Counted from the stretch's first letter, positions 16,340-25,224 are shown. The stretch: 32,000 bases of DNA from Candidatus Thalassarchaeaceae archaeon (GCA_045568075.1 JBJLBP010000001.1:990001-1022000), one strand, 5' to 3'. The notes: generated from the sequence alone by a model not told the origin. Program-made: numbers and translations.

Positions 16340-18028
16340 ATGTCTGATTCAGACCGCGCACTCACCGACTACGACTCATCCCAAGCCGGGATGATGGCAG
16401 AGGCTTGCCTCTGTCTCGATGAGAACGATACTGTGATTGACACGGCAAGCAAAATGCAGACACATCTTGGAGAAGGTATACGCCACCGTGCTTTCAGTGT
16501 GCTGATTTTCGACTCAAACGGTAGACTTCTTGTTCAACAACGCGCCTCTGAGAAAATTACATTCCCTAGCGTCTGGGCCAACTCATGTTGCAGTCACCCT
16601 CTAGACATAGCCGGAGAAAATGGAGATGCGCACGAGGGAGTCAAAGAAGCGGCACGACGGAAATTGGAGCAGGAGCTTGGTATCCCTCGCTCAGTTACCG
16701 ATTCTTGGGATTTCAATCACATTGGTCGCTTTGAATACAAGTGCCGATGGAATGAGGAGTGGGTCGAACATGAGATTGATCACGTGATGATTGTAAAGGC
16801 TGATTGCGATGTTGATTTCAACCGTAATGAGATTCAAGCCATTGAATGGTTGGATGATGCAGGATTGAAAGCAATGATGGCCCGGAAAGGCCGATGGAAG
16901 AGCCAATTGATTGCGCCTTGGTTCGAGGCTATCTTTGAGAATTATCTAGATGGTGGCGACGCCGATATCGATGAAGTAATCTCTAATGCGCGTACAGACA
17001 TAATCAGGTGTGGGGAATTGTCAGTCACGCATCCCTCCAATTCTGCTGCTAATGTTCTAGCCGCTTTGGGACAACACCGCGATATTGTCGAGGGAGTCAT
17101 TCACGAAAGTCTTGGTAAAATTCAGCAAAAGCGACTGCGAGGTGCTATGTCGCACCTTTTCACCGGCGGTGGCAAAAGATTGCGTGCAATTATGCCGCGC
17201 CTCGTAGGTGATGCTGTAGGTAATGGCCACGAAGGCCATTACACGCTAGGAGCTTGTATCGAAATCATCCATAATTTCACATTGGTTCATGATGATATCA
17301 TGGATCAAGACCCAATACGTCGCGGGTTAGATGCTGTGCACATTGCCTATGATAATGCGACTGCCATCAATGCGGGTGATGCCATGCTCGCACTTGGCTT
17401 CGAGATGCTCGCAGATAGCGAGCACATCGAAGACTCCCAACTTCGCCATGTTGTCAGCACCATTGGCGAAATGGTAAGGAGAGTCGCGGAAGGCCAACAA
17501 GAGGATTTCGAATTCGAAGATCGTGATTCTGTCTCCGAGGATGAATACATCGCGATGATTGCTGGTAAAACCAGTGCGATGTTCGAAACTTGTGCAGAAA
17601 CCGGAGCAATTCTGGCTGGTGCTGACACTCAGACCGTCGATAACATGGCTAAATGGGGCCTCAATTTGGGACTATGCTTCCAAATTATGGACGATTATAT
17701 CGATATGGTTAGTGATACAGAGACATTGGGTAAGCCGGCCGGATCGGATATCGTTCAGGGCAAGCGCACACTGATTGCTATCCATGCGCTTGAGAGTGGG
17801 GCAGAACTACCTACATTTCGCAAATTGTTTGGCACAGAATCAGATCCAAATGAAGAATTGGCAAACGCTGTTGCTGAATTAGAAGAAAATGGTTCGATTC
17901 GCTATGCTCTCGATAGGGCTATGGAACACCATAAAATCGCTCACGACTGCCTTGATTCACTAAGTGACTCTCCAGCAGTTGAACTTCTACGAGATATGAC
18001 TGATTTTCAGCTCGTTAGAATCAACTAA
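16340..18028 (+). CDS. Fusion protein: type-1 isopentenyl-diphosphate isomerase (Nudix-fold IDI) N-terminal domain plus trans-polyprenyl (GGPP-type) diphosphate synthase C-terminal domain
   Basis: The N-terminal half has HRAFSVLIFDSNGRLLVQQRASEKITFPSVWANSCCSHP and EHEIDHV (IDI-1 catalytic Cys and Glu). The C-terminal half has GGKRLRA, FARM LVHDDIMDQD (nt 17291-17305) and SARM FQIMDDYID. One uninterrupted frame covers both. Confidence 0.85.
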   Translation: MSDSDRALTDYDSSQAGMMAEACLCLDENDTVIDTASKMQTHLGEGIRHRAFSVLIFDSNGRLLVQQRASEKITFPSVWANSCCSHPLDIAGENGDAHEGVKEAARRKLEQELGIPRSVTDSWDFNHIGRFEYKCRWNEEWVEHEIDHVMIVKADCDVDFNRNEIQAIEWLDDAGLKAMMARKGRWKSQLIAPWFEAIFENYLDGGDADIDEVISNARTDIIRCGELSVTHPSNSAANVLAALGQHRDIVEGVIHESLGKIQQKRLRGAMSHLFTGGGKRLRAIMPRLVGDAVGNGHEGHYTLGACIEIIHNFTLVHDDIMDQDPIRRGLDAVHIAYDNATAINAGDAMLALGFEMLADSEHIEDSQLRHVVSTIGEMVRRVAEGQQEDFEFEDRDSVSEDEYIAMIAGKTSAMFETCAETGAILAGADTQTVDNMAKWGLNLGLCFQIMDDYIDMVSDTETLGKPAGSDIVQGKRTLIAIHALESGAELPTFRKLFGTESDPNEELANAVAELEENGSIRYALDRAMEHHKIAHDCLDSLSDSPAVELLRDMTDFQLVRIN

Positions 18029-18080
18029 GACAATCTTCCGATGAGAAATTACCTCGCTCTAGAGCGTGCGGTATTCTCAA

Positions 18081-20345
18081 TCAATCTAGGTAGTAAGCTT
18101 CACCGGGGATCTCTGGCTTCAAGCCCTTACGCTCACGGATTTCTCCGACTGTCTTCTCAAGAAGGGCCATAGGCAAAATCTCGAATCCGGCGTTCTCAGT
18201 GTTCCAGACTGCGCGACCCTGGCTAGCTGCGCGAATATCGTTGGAAAATCCGAATGTCTCTGCAACAGGCATCTTTCCGATGACTGAGGCTGTGCCACCA
18301 TCTACTGGCATGTCCTCAATGACACCACGGCGTGTGGTTACCTCGCGGGTAACGCCACCAATGACGTCGTTAGGGGCGTCAATGCGAATATTCTGCATTG
18401 GCTCGAGAACTACTGGACGAGAGCGGATTAGTGCACCACGGCAAGCGTTACGGACCGCTGGAATAGTCTGAGCAGGACCACGGTGGATTGCATCTTCGTG
18501 CAACTTTGCGTCGACCAGTCGCATCATGACTCCCATTAGCGGCTCCTCAGCGAGAGGGCCCTTCTTGCAGACTTCATTGAAGCCCTCAATTATGAGTTCA
18601 CGAGTTTCGTGTAGGTTCTGGATACCCTTTGTATCATTCACCAGAACGTTTGTACCATTGATTGCGTAGATCTTGCGCATCAAATTCTTCTCCATTCCGA
18701 ATTCAGCGAACTTGTCTCCAACGGCCTTCGAGTCCTTGTTGCGGACAGTACCGTCGCCGAAATGACCCTCGCGTAGAGCTTGGATGACATCAGTTGGGAG
18801 TGGCTCAGCCTCGATGTAGAATCTATTGTGACGGTTAGGGGACTTGCCTTCGAATGCTCGTCCATCATTATTCGATTCAATGCACTCACGATAGACAACA
18901 ATTGGTTCGCTGACCTTGACCTTGATTCCCTGTTCCTCTTCGAGGCGATAAACTGTGATTTCAAGGTGCAACTCGCCCATTCCAGCGAGCAAAGCCTCAC
19001 CTGTCTCAGCATTGGTGGAAACTTGTAGAGATGCGTCTGCCTTAGCCAATCCACGCAAAGCGTCGATAAACTTCGGGAGATCTTTCATTGCCTTCGGTTC
19101 GACAGCAACGGTAACGACTGGTTCGGAGTAGTGACGGATTGCCTCGAATGGTTCTGCATCCTTTTCTCGAGCGACTGTGACACCGGCTGCAGCACTACGA
19201 ATTCCGGTTATTGCGGCGATGTTTCCAGCACTGACATGTGAAACTTGAATTCGGTCACTGCCAACCATCATACTGACTTGCTGAACTCGCTCAGGCTTAC
19301 CCGCACCGATAGCCCAGAGAGATTCACCGTGTTTGATAGAGCCAGAATAGACTCGGCCGACAGCAACCTCTCCTGCGTGAGGGTCCATCCAAATTTTTGT
19401 AATCATCAAAGATAGAGGCCCTTCGGAATCACACTCAAGCATCGCCTTGCCCTCAATTGTCTCAAGATCACCCTGCCAGATGTTCGGGATACGATACCTC
19501 TGTGCCACGATTGGGGAAGGAAGCTGTTGGACAGCCATGTCGAGAAGAACCTCGTGAACTGGAGCCTTCTTTGAAAGAGCCTTCTGGTCGTCATTAGCGC
19601 AGTGTTCAAAGATATCTTTGAAGTTCAGGCCGGTCCTGTTCATGTAAGGAATGGACATTCCCCAATTGTAGTACGCAGAACCGAATGCAACCGTTCCGGC
19701 AGCAACACTGACTTGCCAGTCCTTTGCGACTTCTGGAGGAGCGAAGGTTTGGATTAGTTTGTTGACCTTGAGGATGATCTTTTCAAAACGCTGCATCATC
19801 TCTGGTCCATCGATTTGCAATTCGTTAATCAAGCGGTCAACCTTGTTGATGAAAAGAACGGGGCGGACCTTCTCTTTCAGAGCCTGGCGAACCACAGTCT
19901 CAGTCTGAGGCATGGTTCCTTCGACTGCACAAGCGAGGATGATACATCCATCGACAGCACGCATAGCTCGAGTAACGTCTCCGCCGAAGTCGACGTGACC
20001 GGGTGTATCAATGAGATTAATCAGGAAATCATTTGTCTTCGGCTTGGTTTTTTCCGTGTCCTCCCAGACAAGGTTGCCATCATCATCTTCTTCCTGAATA
20101 GCGTGAACCATAGAAGCGCTCGCTGCGTTGATTGTGATACCACGAGCGCTCTCTTGCTCATCGAAGTCGAGGACACGAGATTTACCCGCAAGATCCTCGG
20201 ACATCATTCCTGCGCCTGCAATCAAATTGTCTGATAACGTGGTCTTACCATGGTCAATGTGAGCAGCAATAGCAAGATTGCGAATTCGCTCTCGAGTGTG
20301 CATGACTTCGGTCGCTCTTGCGATGTTGTCTTCCTTACGGCCCAT
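18081..20345 (-). CDS. fusA: Translation elongation factor 2 (aEF-2)
   Basis: AHIDHGKTTLSD, LIDTPGHVDF, NKVDR and the diphthamide loop HEDAIHRGPAQ are present. The target His codon is at nt 18483-18485. Confidence 0.95.
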   Translation of the reverse strand: MGRKEDNIARATEVMHTRERIRNLAIAAHIDHGKTTLSDNLIAGAGMMSEDLAGKSRVLDFDEQESARGITINAASASMVHAIQEEDDDGNLVWEDTEKTKPKTNDFLINLIDTPGHVDFGGDVTRAMRAVDGCIILACAVEGTMPQTETVVRQALKEKVRPVLFINKVDRLINELQIDGPEMMQRFEKIILKVNKLIQTFAPPEVAKDWQVSVAAGTVAFGSAYYNWGMSIPYMNRTGLNFKDIFEHCANDDQKALSKKAPVHEVLLDMAVQQLPSPIVAQRYRIPNIWQGDLETIEGKAMLECDSEGPLSLMITKIWMDPHAGEVAVGRVYSGSIKHGESLWAIGAGKPERVQQVSMMVGSDRIQVSHVSAGNIAAITGIRSAAAGVTVAREKDAEPFEAIRHYSEPVVTVAVEPKAMKDLPKFIDALRGLAKADASLQVSTNAETGEALLAGMGELHLEITVYRLEEEQGIKVKVSEPIVVYRECIESNNDGRAFEGKSPNRHNRFYIEAEPLPTDVIQALREGHFGDGTVRNKDSKAVGDKFAEFGMEKNLMRKIYAINGTNVLVNDTKGIQNLHETRELIIEGFNEVCKKGPLAEEPLMGVMMRLVDAKLHEDAIHRGPAQTIPAVRNACRGALIRSRPVVLEPMQNIRIDAPNDVIGGVTREVTTRRGVIEDMPVDGGTASVIGKMPVAETFGFSNDIRAASQGRAVWNTENAGFEILPMALLEKTVGEIRERKGLKPEIPGEAYYLD

Positions 20346-20396
20346 TCTCTCAACCTCTGGTTGGCCCGGCGACCTGACTTTGGTTCATAAAGCCGA

Positions 20397-20417
20397 TTGT
20401 ATCACTACGTGATACAA
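20397..20417. promoter_or_regulatory. Perfect 9-bp-arm inverted repeat TTGTATCAC-TAC-GTGATACAA in the S7/EF-2 spacer
   Basis: Read directly from the sequence. It lies 43 nt after the rps7 stop and 52 nt before the EF-2 ATG. On the transcribed strand it is followed by TTTATGAA (20384-20391). Confidence 0.35.
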
Positions 20418-20459
20418 GTGTTGTCGATTCAGATGATCTCAAAGTCGAGATGCTGAATA

Positions 20460-21077
20460 TCAGCGTGCTGAAGCAGCGATGCGCTCAATCTCATCCTTCT
20501 TGCCGACTGCGAAAGAAGCGACGTCACCAGCAGCCGCCTTATTGAGCTCGGAAGTGATTCCCTGAGTCAGTGTGCGGGTGCTCTTTGCAGTAGCGGAGGC
20601 GCAACCCTTGGAGAGATTACGTAGTGCCACATCGAGACGGCGGCTTGGAGAGGAATCAACTGCTTTTGGCTGACTGACTGCACCGAACTTGATGCGAGTT
20701 GTCTCCTCACAAGGAGCGGAGTGAACAATTGCGTTGATGAAGTGCTGAAGTGGATTCTCGCCAGTGCGCTCGGAGATATTATCGAGAGCTGCCTCGAAGG
20801 CTTTAGCACAATGCTGCTTCTTACCGCTAAACTTTCCAGATCGCATCAGATTGTTGATGAATCGTTCGATGACAGAAAGTTTCGCCTTTCCGAACCAAGC
20901 ATTGGCGTGACGACCACCGCTGTGTGGGGTGCCGATTGTTGTGAGGTTGATGTAAGGTGCAAGACCAGGATCGTCGCAAACAACCTCGGAAGCATCCCAC
21001 TTTCCAAAGACCATAGTGCCGATACCCGCGATCGGGGCTTCCTGTTGAACTTCTTCCGTTTCCGACATGATGCTCAC
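20460..21077 (-). CDS. rps7: 30S ribosomal protein S7 (uS7)
   Basis: [22 protein letters not shown] and the C-terminal KKDEIERIA...R are typical of archaeal S7. There is an ATGA overlap with S12. Confidence 0.95.
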   Translation of the reverse strand: MSIMSETEEVQQEAPIAGIGTMVFGKWDASEVVCDDPGLAPYINLTTIGTPHSGGRHANAWFGKAKLSVIERFINNLMRSGKFSGKKQHCAKAFEAALDNISERTGENPLQHFINAIVHSAPCEETTRIKFGAVSQPKAVDSSPSRRLDVALRNLSKGCASATAKSTRTLTQGITSELNKAAAGDVASFAVGKKDEIERIAASAR

Positions 21078-21520
21078 CTGATTGGCTTCTCTTTTCGGCC
21101 TCTGACCATCTCATCTAGAGATACTCCGTTGACCTTGATGACCTTGAATCGAACACCAGGAAGGTCACCATATGAACGACCCATGCGTCCTCCGATACCC
21201 TCGACGAGAACCTCGTCGTGCTCATCAATGAATGAAATTGCACCATCACCTGGTGCGAAGGCAGTGAGTTTGTTACCTGTGCGAATCAGTGAAATTTTTA
21301 CTGCCTTACGAATTCCTGAATTAGGCTGCTTAGCCTCAATTCCAACCTTCTCAATGACAATTCCCTTGGCTTGAGTAGAACCGCGAAGTGGATCGTGCTT
21401 GAGGATTCCACCTTGGCGCCTTTTGGTCTCTCGACTCTTGAATTTCCGCTCATTCCAGCGAAACCGCTTGCGGTCCTTCTTCATCTTTGGTCCAGAGAAC
21501 AAACCACGACCCAAACACAT
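21074..21520 (-). CDS. rps12: 30S ribosomal protein S12 (uS12)
   Basis: [34 protein letters not shown] and [14 protein letters not shown]...[10 protein letters not shown] are present. The start is set at ATG 21520, giving 148 aa. The longer ORF to 21616 contains a TATA-like box. Confidence 0.9.
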   Translation of the reverse strand: MCLGRGLFSGPKMKKDRKRFRWNERKFKSRETKRRQGGILKHDPLRGSTQAKGIVIEKVGIEAKQPNSGIRKAVKISLIRTGNKLTAFAPGDGAISFIDEHDEVLVEGIGGRMGRSYGDLPGVRFKVIKVNGVSLDEMVRGRKEKPIR

Positions 21521-21551
21521 CACCTCGAAGGAACGCCCCGCCGACCTACCC

Positions 21552-21560
21552 CCCATATAA
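21552..21560 (-). promoter_or_regulatory. TATA-box-like element TTATATGGG(G) upstream of rps12
   Basis: The reverse complement of cccatataa, 40 nt upstream of ATG 21520. It is identical to the element at 16304-16312. Confidence 0.4.
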
Positions 21561-21624
21561 GAGCGTGACGGACTCACCGTAGGTGATGTGAGGCACTGCT
21601 CCTCTCTCGCCAACATTCAAACAG

Positions 21625-22917
21625 ATGACGCAACGGGTTGACCACATGGCCTTCAGGGATTTGGTTGATAGCGTCGCTGAAGTAAATGAGGAAATCAGCG
21701 TTGAACATGGTATGTTAGATCATTCCACCGCAACCTCCCATGCCCCTGTAATGTTCAATTCGATAACTGAGGCTCCCGGTCATCGTTCTGCCATCAATGT
21801 ACTAGCACGCGACCGTTTATGCTCATTGTTCGAAGTTACACCAGGAGAACTCATCGACATACTCGCCTGGGCTATGGAAAACCCGTCTAAACCGGAAATT
21901 GTTGATGCATCCTTCGCTCAAGTTTTGGAGAATACACAGGATGAGGTTGACCTGAATGCACTGCCTATCCCTTGGCATTATCGTGAAGATCGCGGGAGAT
22001 ACCAATCAGCCTCCGTCATAATCGCAGAATATGATGGAGTCCGAAATATGTCCTACCATCGACAATTCCTCCGAGACGCGAACCACTGCGTCGCACGCTT
22101 CGTTCCACGTCACCTGCGAACTATTACCGACAAGGCGCGAGCGAATGGTGATGAGGTCAATATCGCGGTAGTCAATGGCGCCGATGCGACTGTTCTACTG
22201 GCGGCGGCTATGTCATTCACTTACGACCTCGATGAACTAAGTGTCGCTGCCGCCCTCCACGAGCGCCTTCACGGAACGCCACTCAAGCTCGTTACTCTTT
22301 CAAATGGAATCCAAGTACCCGCAGATGCAGAATATGCAATGTGTGCCCGCATCACTTTGGACGATGATGACGAAGGCCCATACGTCGACATTACAGGAAC
22401 AGTCGACGACGTTCGACAAGAAGCAGTAATCGAATACGATTCAGTACACCACAGAAATTCACCCATCTTCCACGCATTGATTCCCGCTGAGGTCGAACAT
22501 AGAACTCTCATGGGCCTTCCTCGCGCACCGACCATCAAGGCAGCAGTCAACGCCGTAGTACCTTGTACAGATGTCTACATGACCGACGGAGGTAGCGGTT
22601 GGCTTTCGGCTGTCGTAGCAATCGAACCAGTGATTGAAGGAGATGGTGTGAAAGCGATTCACGCGGCACTCGACGGTCATCGCTCAATGAAACAAGTGAC
22701 CGTCGTCAACAGCGACATCGATTGTTCTAATCCTGTTCGGGTCGAATGGGCATTGATGACTCGATGGCAACCAGACAAGGATACAGTAATTCTCTCGGGT
22801 CAGAAAGGCTCGAGTCTCGATCCGAGTAGAGGAGCGGACGGCCTGACTAGCAAGATTGGCATCGACGCGACTCTACCGCCTGGAATTGACCGCTCACCGT
22901 ATGAGAGCGTCCTATGA
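21625..22917 (+). CDS. UbiD-family (prFMN-dependent) decarboxylase, possibly the MqnL-type enzyme of menaquinone biosynthesis
   Basis: RYQSASVIIAEYDGVRNMSYHRQ (UbiD N.g.yR motif) and EGPYVDITGTV (compare EGPFGE.TG) are present. The functional link to mqn genes is inference. Confidence 0.75.
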   Translation: MTQRVDHMAFRDLVDSVAEVNEEISVEHGMLDHSTATSHAPVMFNSITEAPGHRSAINVLARDRLCSLFEVTPGELIDILAWAMENPSKPEIVDASFAQVLENTQDEVDLNALPIPWHYREDRGRYQSASVIIAEYDGVRNMSYHRQFLRDANHCVARFVPRHLRTITDKARANGDEVNIAVVNGADATVLLAAAMSFTYDLDELSVAAALHERLHGTPLKLVTLSNGIQVPADAEYAMCARITLDDDDEGPYVDITGTVDDVRQEAVIEYDSVHHRNSPIFHALIPAEVEHRTLMGLPRAPTIKAAVNAVVPCTDVYMTDGGSGWLSAVVAIEPVIEGDGVKAIHAALDGHRSMKQVTVVNSDIDCSNPVRVEWALMTRWQPDKDTVILSGQKGSSLDPSRGADGLTSKIGIDATLPPGIDRSPYESVL

Positions 22918-22926
22918 GGTTCTGAT

Positions 22927-23913
22927 ATGGCTGCATCCGACATCGGAGCGAGCCTGCAACATCCCCGACGAAGCCTTGGTAATCGCCATAGAAGTCAGGC
23001 CAGTAAATTCCTCAAACTTGCTGAATCCGAGGCGAGCAATCTGAGTTGGGCTGAACAAAGTGCCCGGCAAGCTGTTCTACACGATTTTACACATCCAGAT
23101 AATTGGCGCATCCTGCTTGAAATCAAGGTCAAAGCGCAGGATGCAAATGGAATCAGAGCAGTCCTTGACGAATTATTCCTTATTCTCGGCCGCGACCCAG
23201 AATTACTTGCTCAACTCGATGGAGTCGACTTAACAGGCTCTGCCAAAACACTGCTAGAAGGTGCTCTCGCGGTAGACCCTCTAGACCCAGATGCATGGTG
23301 GGAAAGGGTAAGTGCGGCCGGTGGAGTTGTATCATTCATTGAACGTGTCCGTAAATTGGATTTTACTGATCAGCGTGCAAACATTCTGTTTTCCCGTCGA
23401 ATGGAACGTCTGCTTGAGGATGGATACGAAGATGAGTATCTCGAATTGACAGGTAAACTGCTCGCCCAACGTCCATCGAATCACGAAACATGGGCGCGCA
23501 TGGGCAGATTGCACGAAAGACGAGCAGAATACGACCATGCCTGGTTCTGCTACGACCAAGCACAGACACATTCACCTACGCTCAGATCACGTGATGAATT
23601 CCGTGATCGTATGGAGGCTAGGATAGATGGAGGAGACGTAACTCCTTGGAAGGCCCCGGATATCAAAGACAGAGTTGAGTTCCTCGCACGTATGCAGAAC
23701 CTAGCTACTCCAGCCTCTGCGAGCGTTACATCAAATCAACAATCGAGAGAAGAACCCGATACAATCGAATCTGAGTTGAGTCGAGCAATGAGACTGGCAG
23801 ATGAAGGTAGACATTCTGAGGCCTTCTTCATTGCTCGCCGCCTCGCTGCCGAAGGCGACACTGAAGCACAAACATTCGCCGAATCCATCCGCGAGGCGAT
23901 GTCAAATGACTGA
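22927..23913 (+). CDS. Hypothetical all-helical, TPR-like repeat protein
   Basis: ORF of 328 aa starting 9 nt after ubiD. It has TPR-like segments (for example WARMGRLHERRAEYDHAWFCYDQAQ). I recognise no specific family. Confidence 0.5.
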   Translation: MAASDIGASLQHPRRSLGNRHRSQASKFLKLAESEASNLSWAEQSARQAVLHDFTHPDNWRILLEIKVKAQDANGIRAVLDELFLILGRDPELLAQLDGVDLTGSAKTLLEGALAVDPLDPDAWWERVSAAGGVVSFIERVRKLDFTDQRANILFSRRMERLLEDGYEDEYLELTGKLLAQRPSNHETWARMGRLHERRAEYDHAWFCYDQAQTHSPTLRSRDEFRDRMEARIDGGDVTPWKAPDIKDRVEFLARMQNLATPASASVTSNQQSREEPDTIESELSRAMRLADEGRHSEAFFIARRLAAEGDTEAQTFAESIREAMSND

Positions 23914-24310
23914 TGAAGAGCCCTGGGTAGTCGTTTGGGGAGTGCCAAAACAATCTTTGGAAATTCCTTGTTGGTTGATGGTCAAGCACAACACACGAGG
24001 GTGGGAATTACCCGGCGGAACAATTGGAGAGCACGAACCGAATGAAATCGCTGCACTGCGAGAATTATTCGAAGAAACTGGACTCCTTGGTGTAGCAACA
24101 TCATACGATGAAAATCTATTCGAAGGCGGTACGGTGGTCCGTGTCGAAATTGACGAAGAGCCACAACCCTACGGATGGGAATCAGACGACGAAAGTATCA
24201 GCGAAGTCGGTTGGTGTGTCGAAATACCAGGAGAACTCTACTGGGGAGACGATGAAATCCAGAAATTGCTCGATCACGATTGGAGTGCTTCGAGAAGTCT
24301 GGCGTCCTGA
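23906..24310 (+). CDS. Nudix hydrolase
   Basis: A complete Nudix box is present: GGTIGEHEPNEIAALRELFEETGL. The start is set at ATG 23906 (MTDEEPWVVVW), overlapping the TPR gene by 8 nt. Confidence 0.8.
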   Translation: MTDEEPWVVVWGVPKQSLEIPCWLMVKHNTRGWELPGGTIGEHEPNEIAALRELFEETGLLGVATSYDENLFEGGTVVRVEIDEEPQPYGWESDDESISEVGWCVEIPGELYWGDDEIQKLLDHDWSASRSLAS

Positions 24311-25224
24311 ATCGAATCTGACTTCTCGGAAATCGCCTCGCTCCACGATGATTCTTCCAAGATTTGCGAGGCGTCGATGATTAATCCTAGATCATTGCGC
24401 TCCATCCCACCTACATCAGTGAGCAGAATAGGCAGAATATGCTCAACCACATCGACCACATCGGAACGATTAGCCGGAATCCAAGATGAGCCGGGAACTG
24501 CACGTGGGGCAGCATTCTGGATTCTGTCGAGCATGCTAGGGGCATCTTCAACAACTTCTTCGAGAGCCAAATCTAGCCATTCCAAAGAAGCGACTACTGA
24601 TTCGGCTACCATTCCCGCATCTGCGAAAACGGCTTTTGCAGTCCAAAGATGACGCATCGCAGGATCGAGGTCGTCGAGAGCAGTGAGAATCCTTCCGACC
24701 TCGAGTCGTGAAAGACCTCTGATTTCAGGTGGGTGACCACTATTTCGAGTGATGTCGGCATGGACTGCCAACGCCATCATTACTTCGCCATTATTGGCGT
24801 GCCAGGCACTTTGATTCAAGAGTGAAATTCCGTGAAGTGCACTTCCCGGTGCAATGGCCTTGAGTCTATCAGTACACCACTTCAATTCCAAACCGGATGT
24901 TTCTGGGCCATCGACTGCAAGTAATGCACGCTCCATACGAACTCTGACCTCGCATTCATGGTCACGCTCTTCTTTGGAACGAGAACGCGCGAGTAATTCT
25001 TCACTCAACACCACAGCACTAGCAAGATCTCCTTCCATCAACATAGCTTGGAGACCGAGAACATCACGTTGTAGTGGACTAAGTCGAGTGAGAATCTCAT
25101 CTTGTCCCTCGGCCTCAACAAAAAGAACCTCGGCAGCAACTTGTAGGATCATTTCATCGGGCACATCTGCAGCAGTAATTTCGCCCGAATTCAAACGATT
25201 GAGAATTTCTCGAATGTCGCTCAT
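24274..25224 (-). CDS. Hypothetical helical protein translationally coupled to the DHH phosphoesterase
   Basis: The start is set at ATG 25224 (MSDIREILNRL), forming an ATGA overlap with the DHH stop. It is predicted to be mostly helical with no recognisable family. Its 3' end overlaps the convergent Nudix gene by 37 nt. Confidence 0.5.
   Translation of the reverse strand: MSDIREILNRLNSGEITAADVPDEMILQVAAEVLFVEAEGQDEILTRLSPLQRDVLGLQAMLMEGDLASAVVLSEELLARSRSKEERDHECEVRVRMERALLAVDGPETSGLELKWCTDRLKAIAPGSALHGISLLNQSAWHANNGEVMMALAVHADITRNSGHPPEIRGLSRLEVGRILTALDDLDPAMRHLWTAKAVFADAGMVAESVVASLEWLDLALEEVVEDAPSMLDRIQNAAPRAVPGSSWIPANRSDVVDVVEHILPILLTDVGGMERNDLGLIIDASQILEESSWSEAISEKSDSIQDARLLEALQS

Noticed and set aside
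18055-18066. 12-bp palindrome CGCTCTAGAGCG between the convergent IDI-GGPPS and EF-2 genes.
   Set aside because: It is loop-less and short, with no adjacent T-tract. It could be chance or a restriction-type site, which is insufficient to call a terminator.
20721-21374. A 217-aa plus-strand ORF, and many similar long ORFs antisense to conserved genes. Examples: 1264-1569, 8113-8499, 10498-10908, 13927-14316, 19815-20234, 24854-25411, 26302-26866, 28928-29353.
   Set aside because: Each lies entirely opposite a gene with unmistakable family motifs (S7/S12, transketolase, ProRS, thiolase, EF-2, DHH, prefoldin/Pcc1, Rrp4). Their translations are low-complexity and rich in S, R and P, with no recognisable motifs. 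This is the typical shadow-frame pattern.
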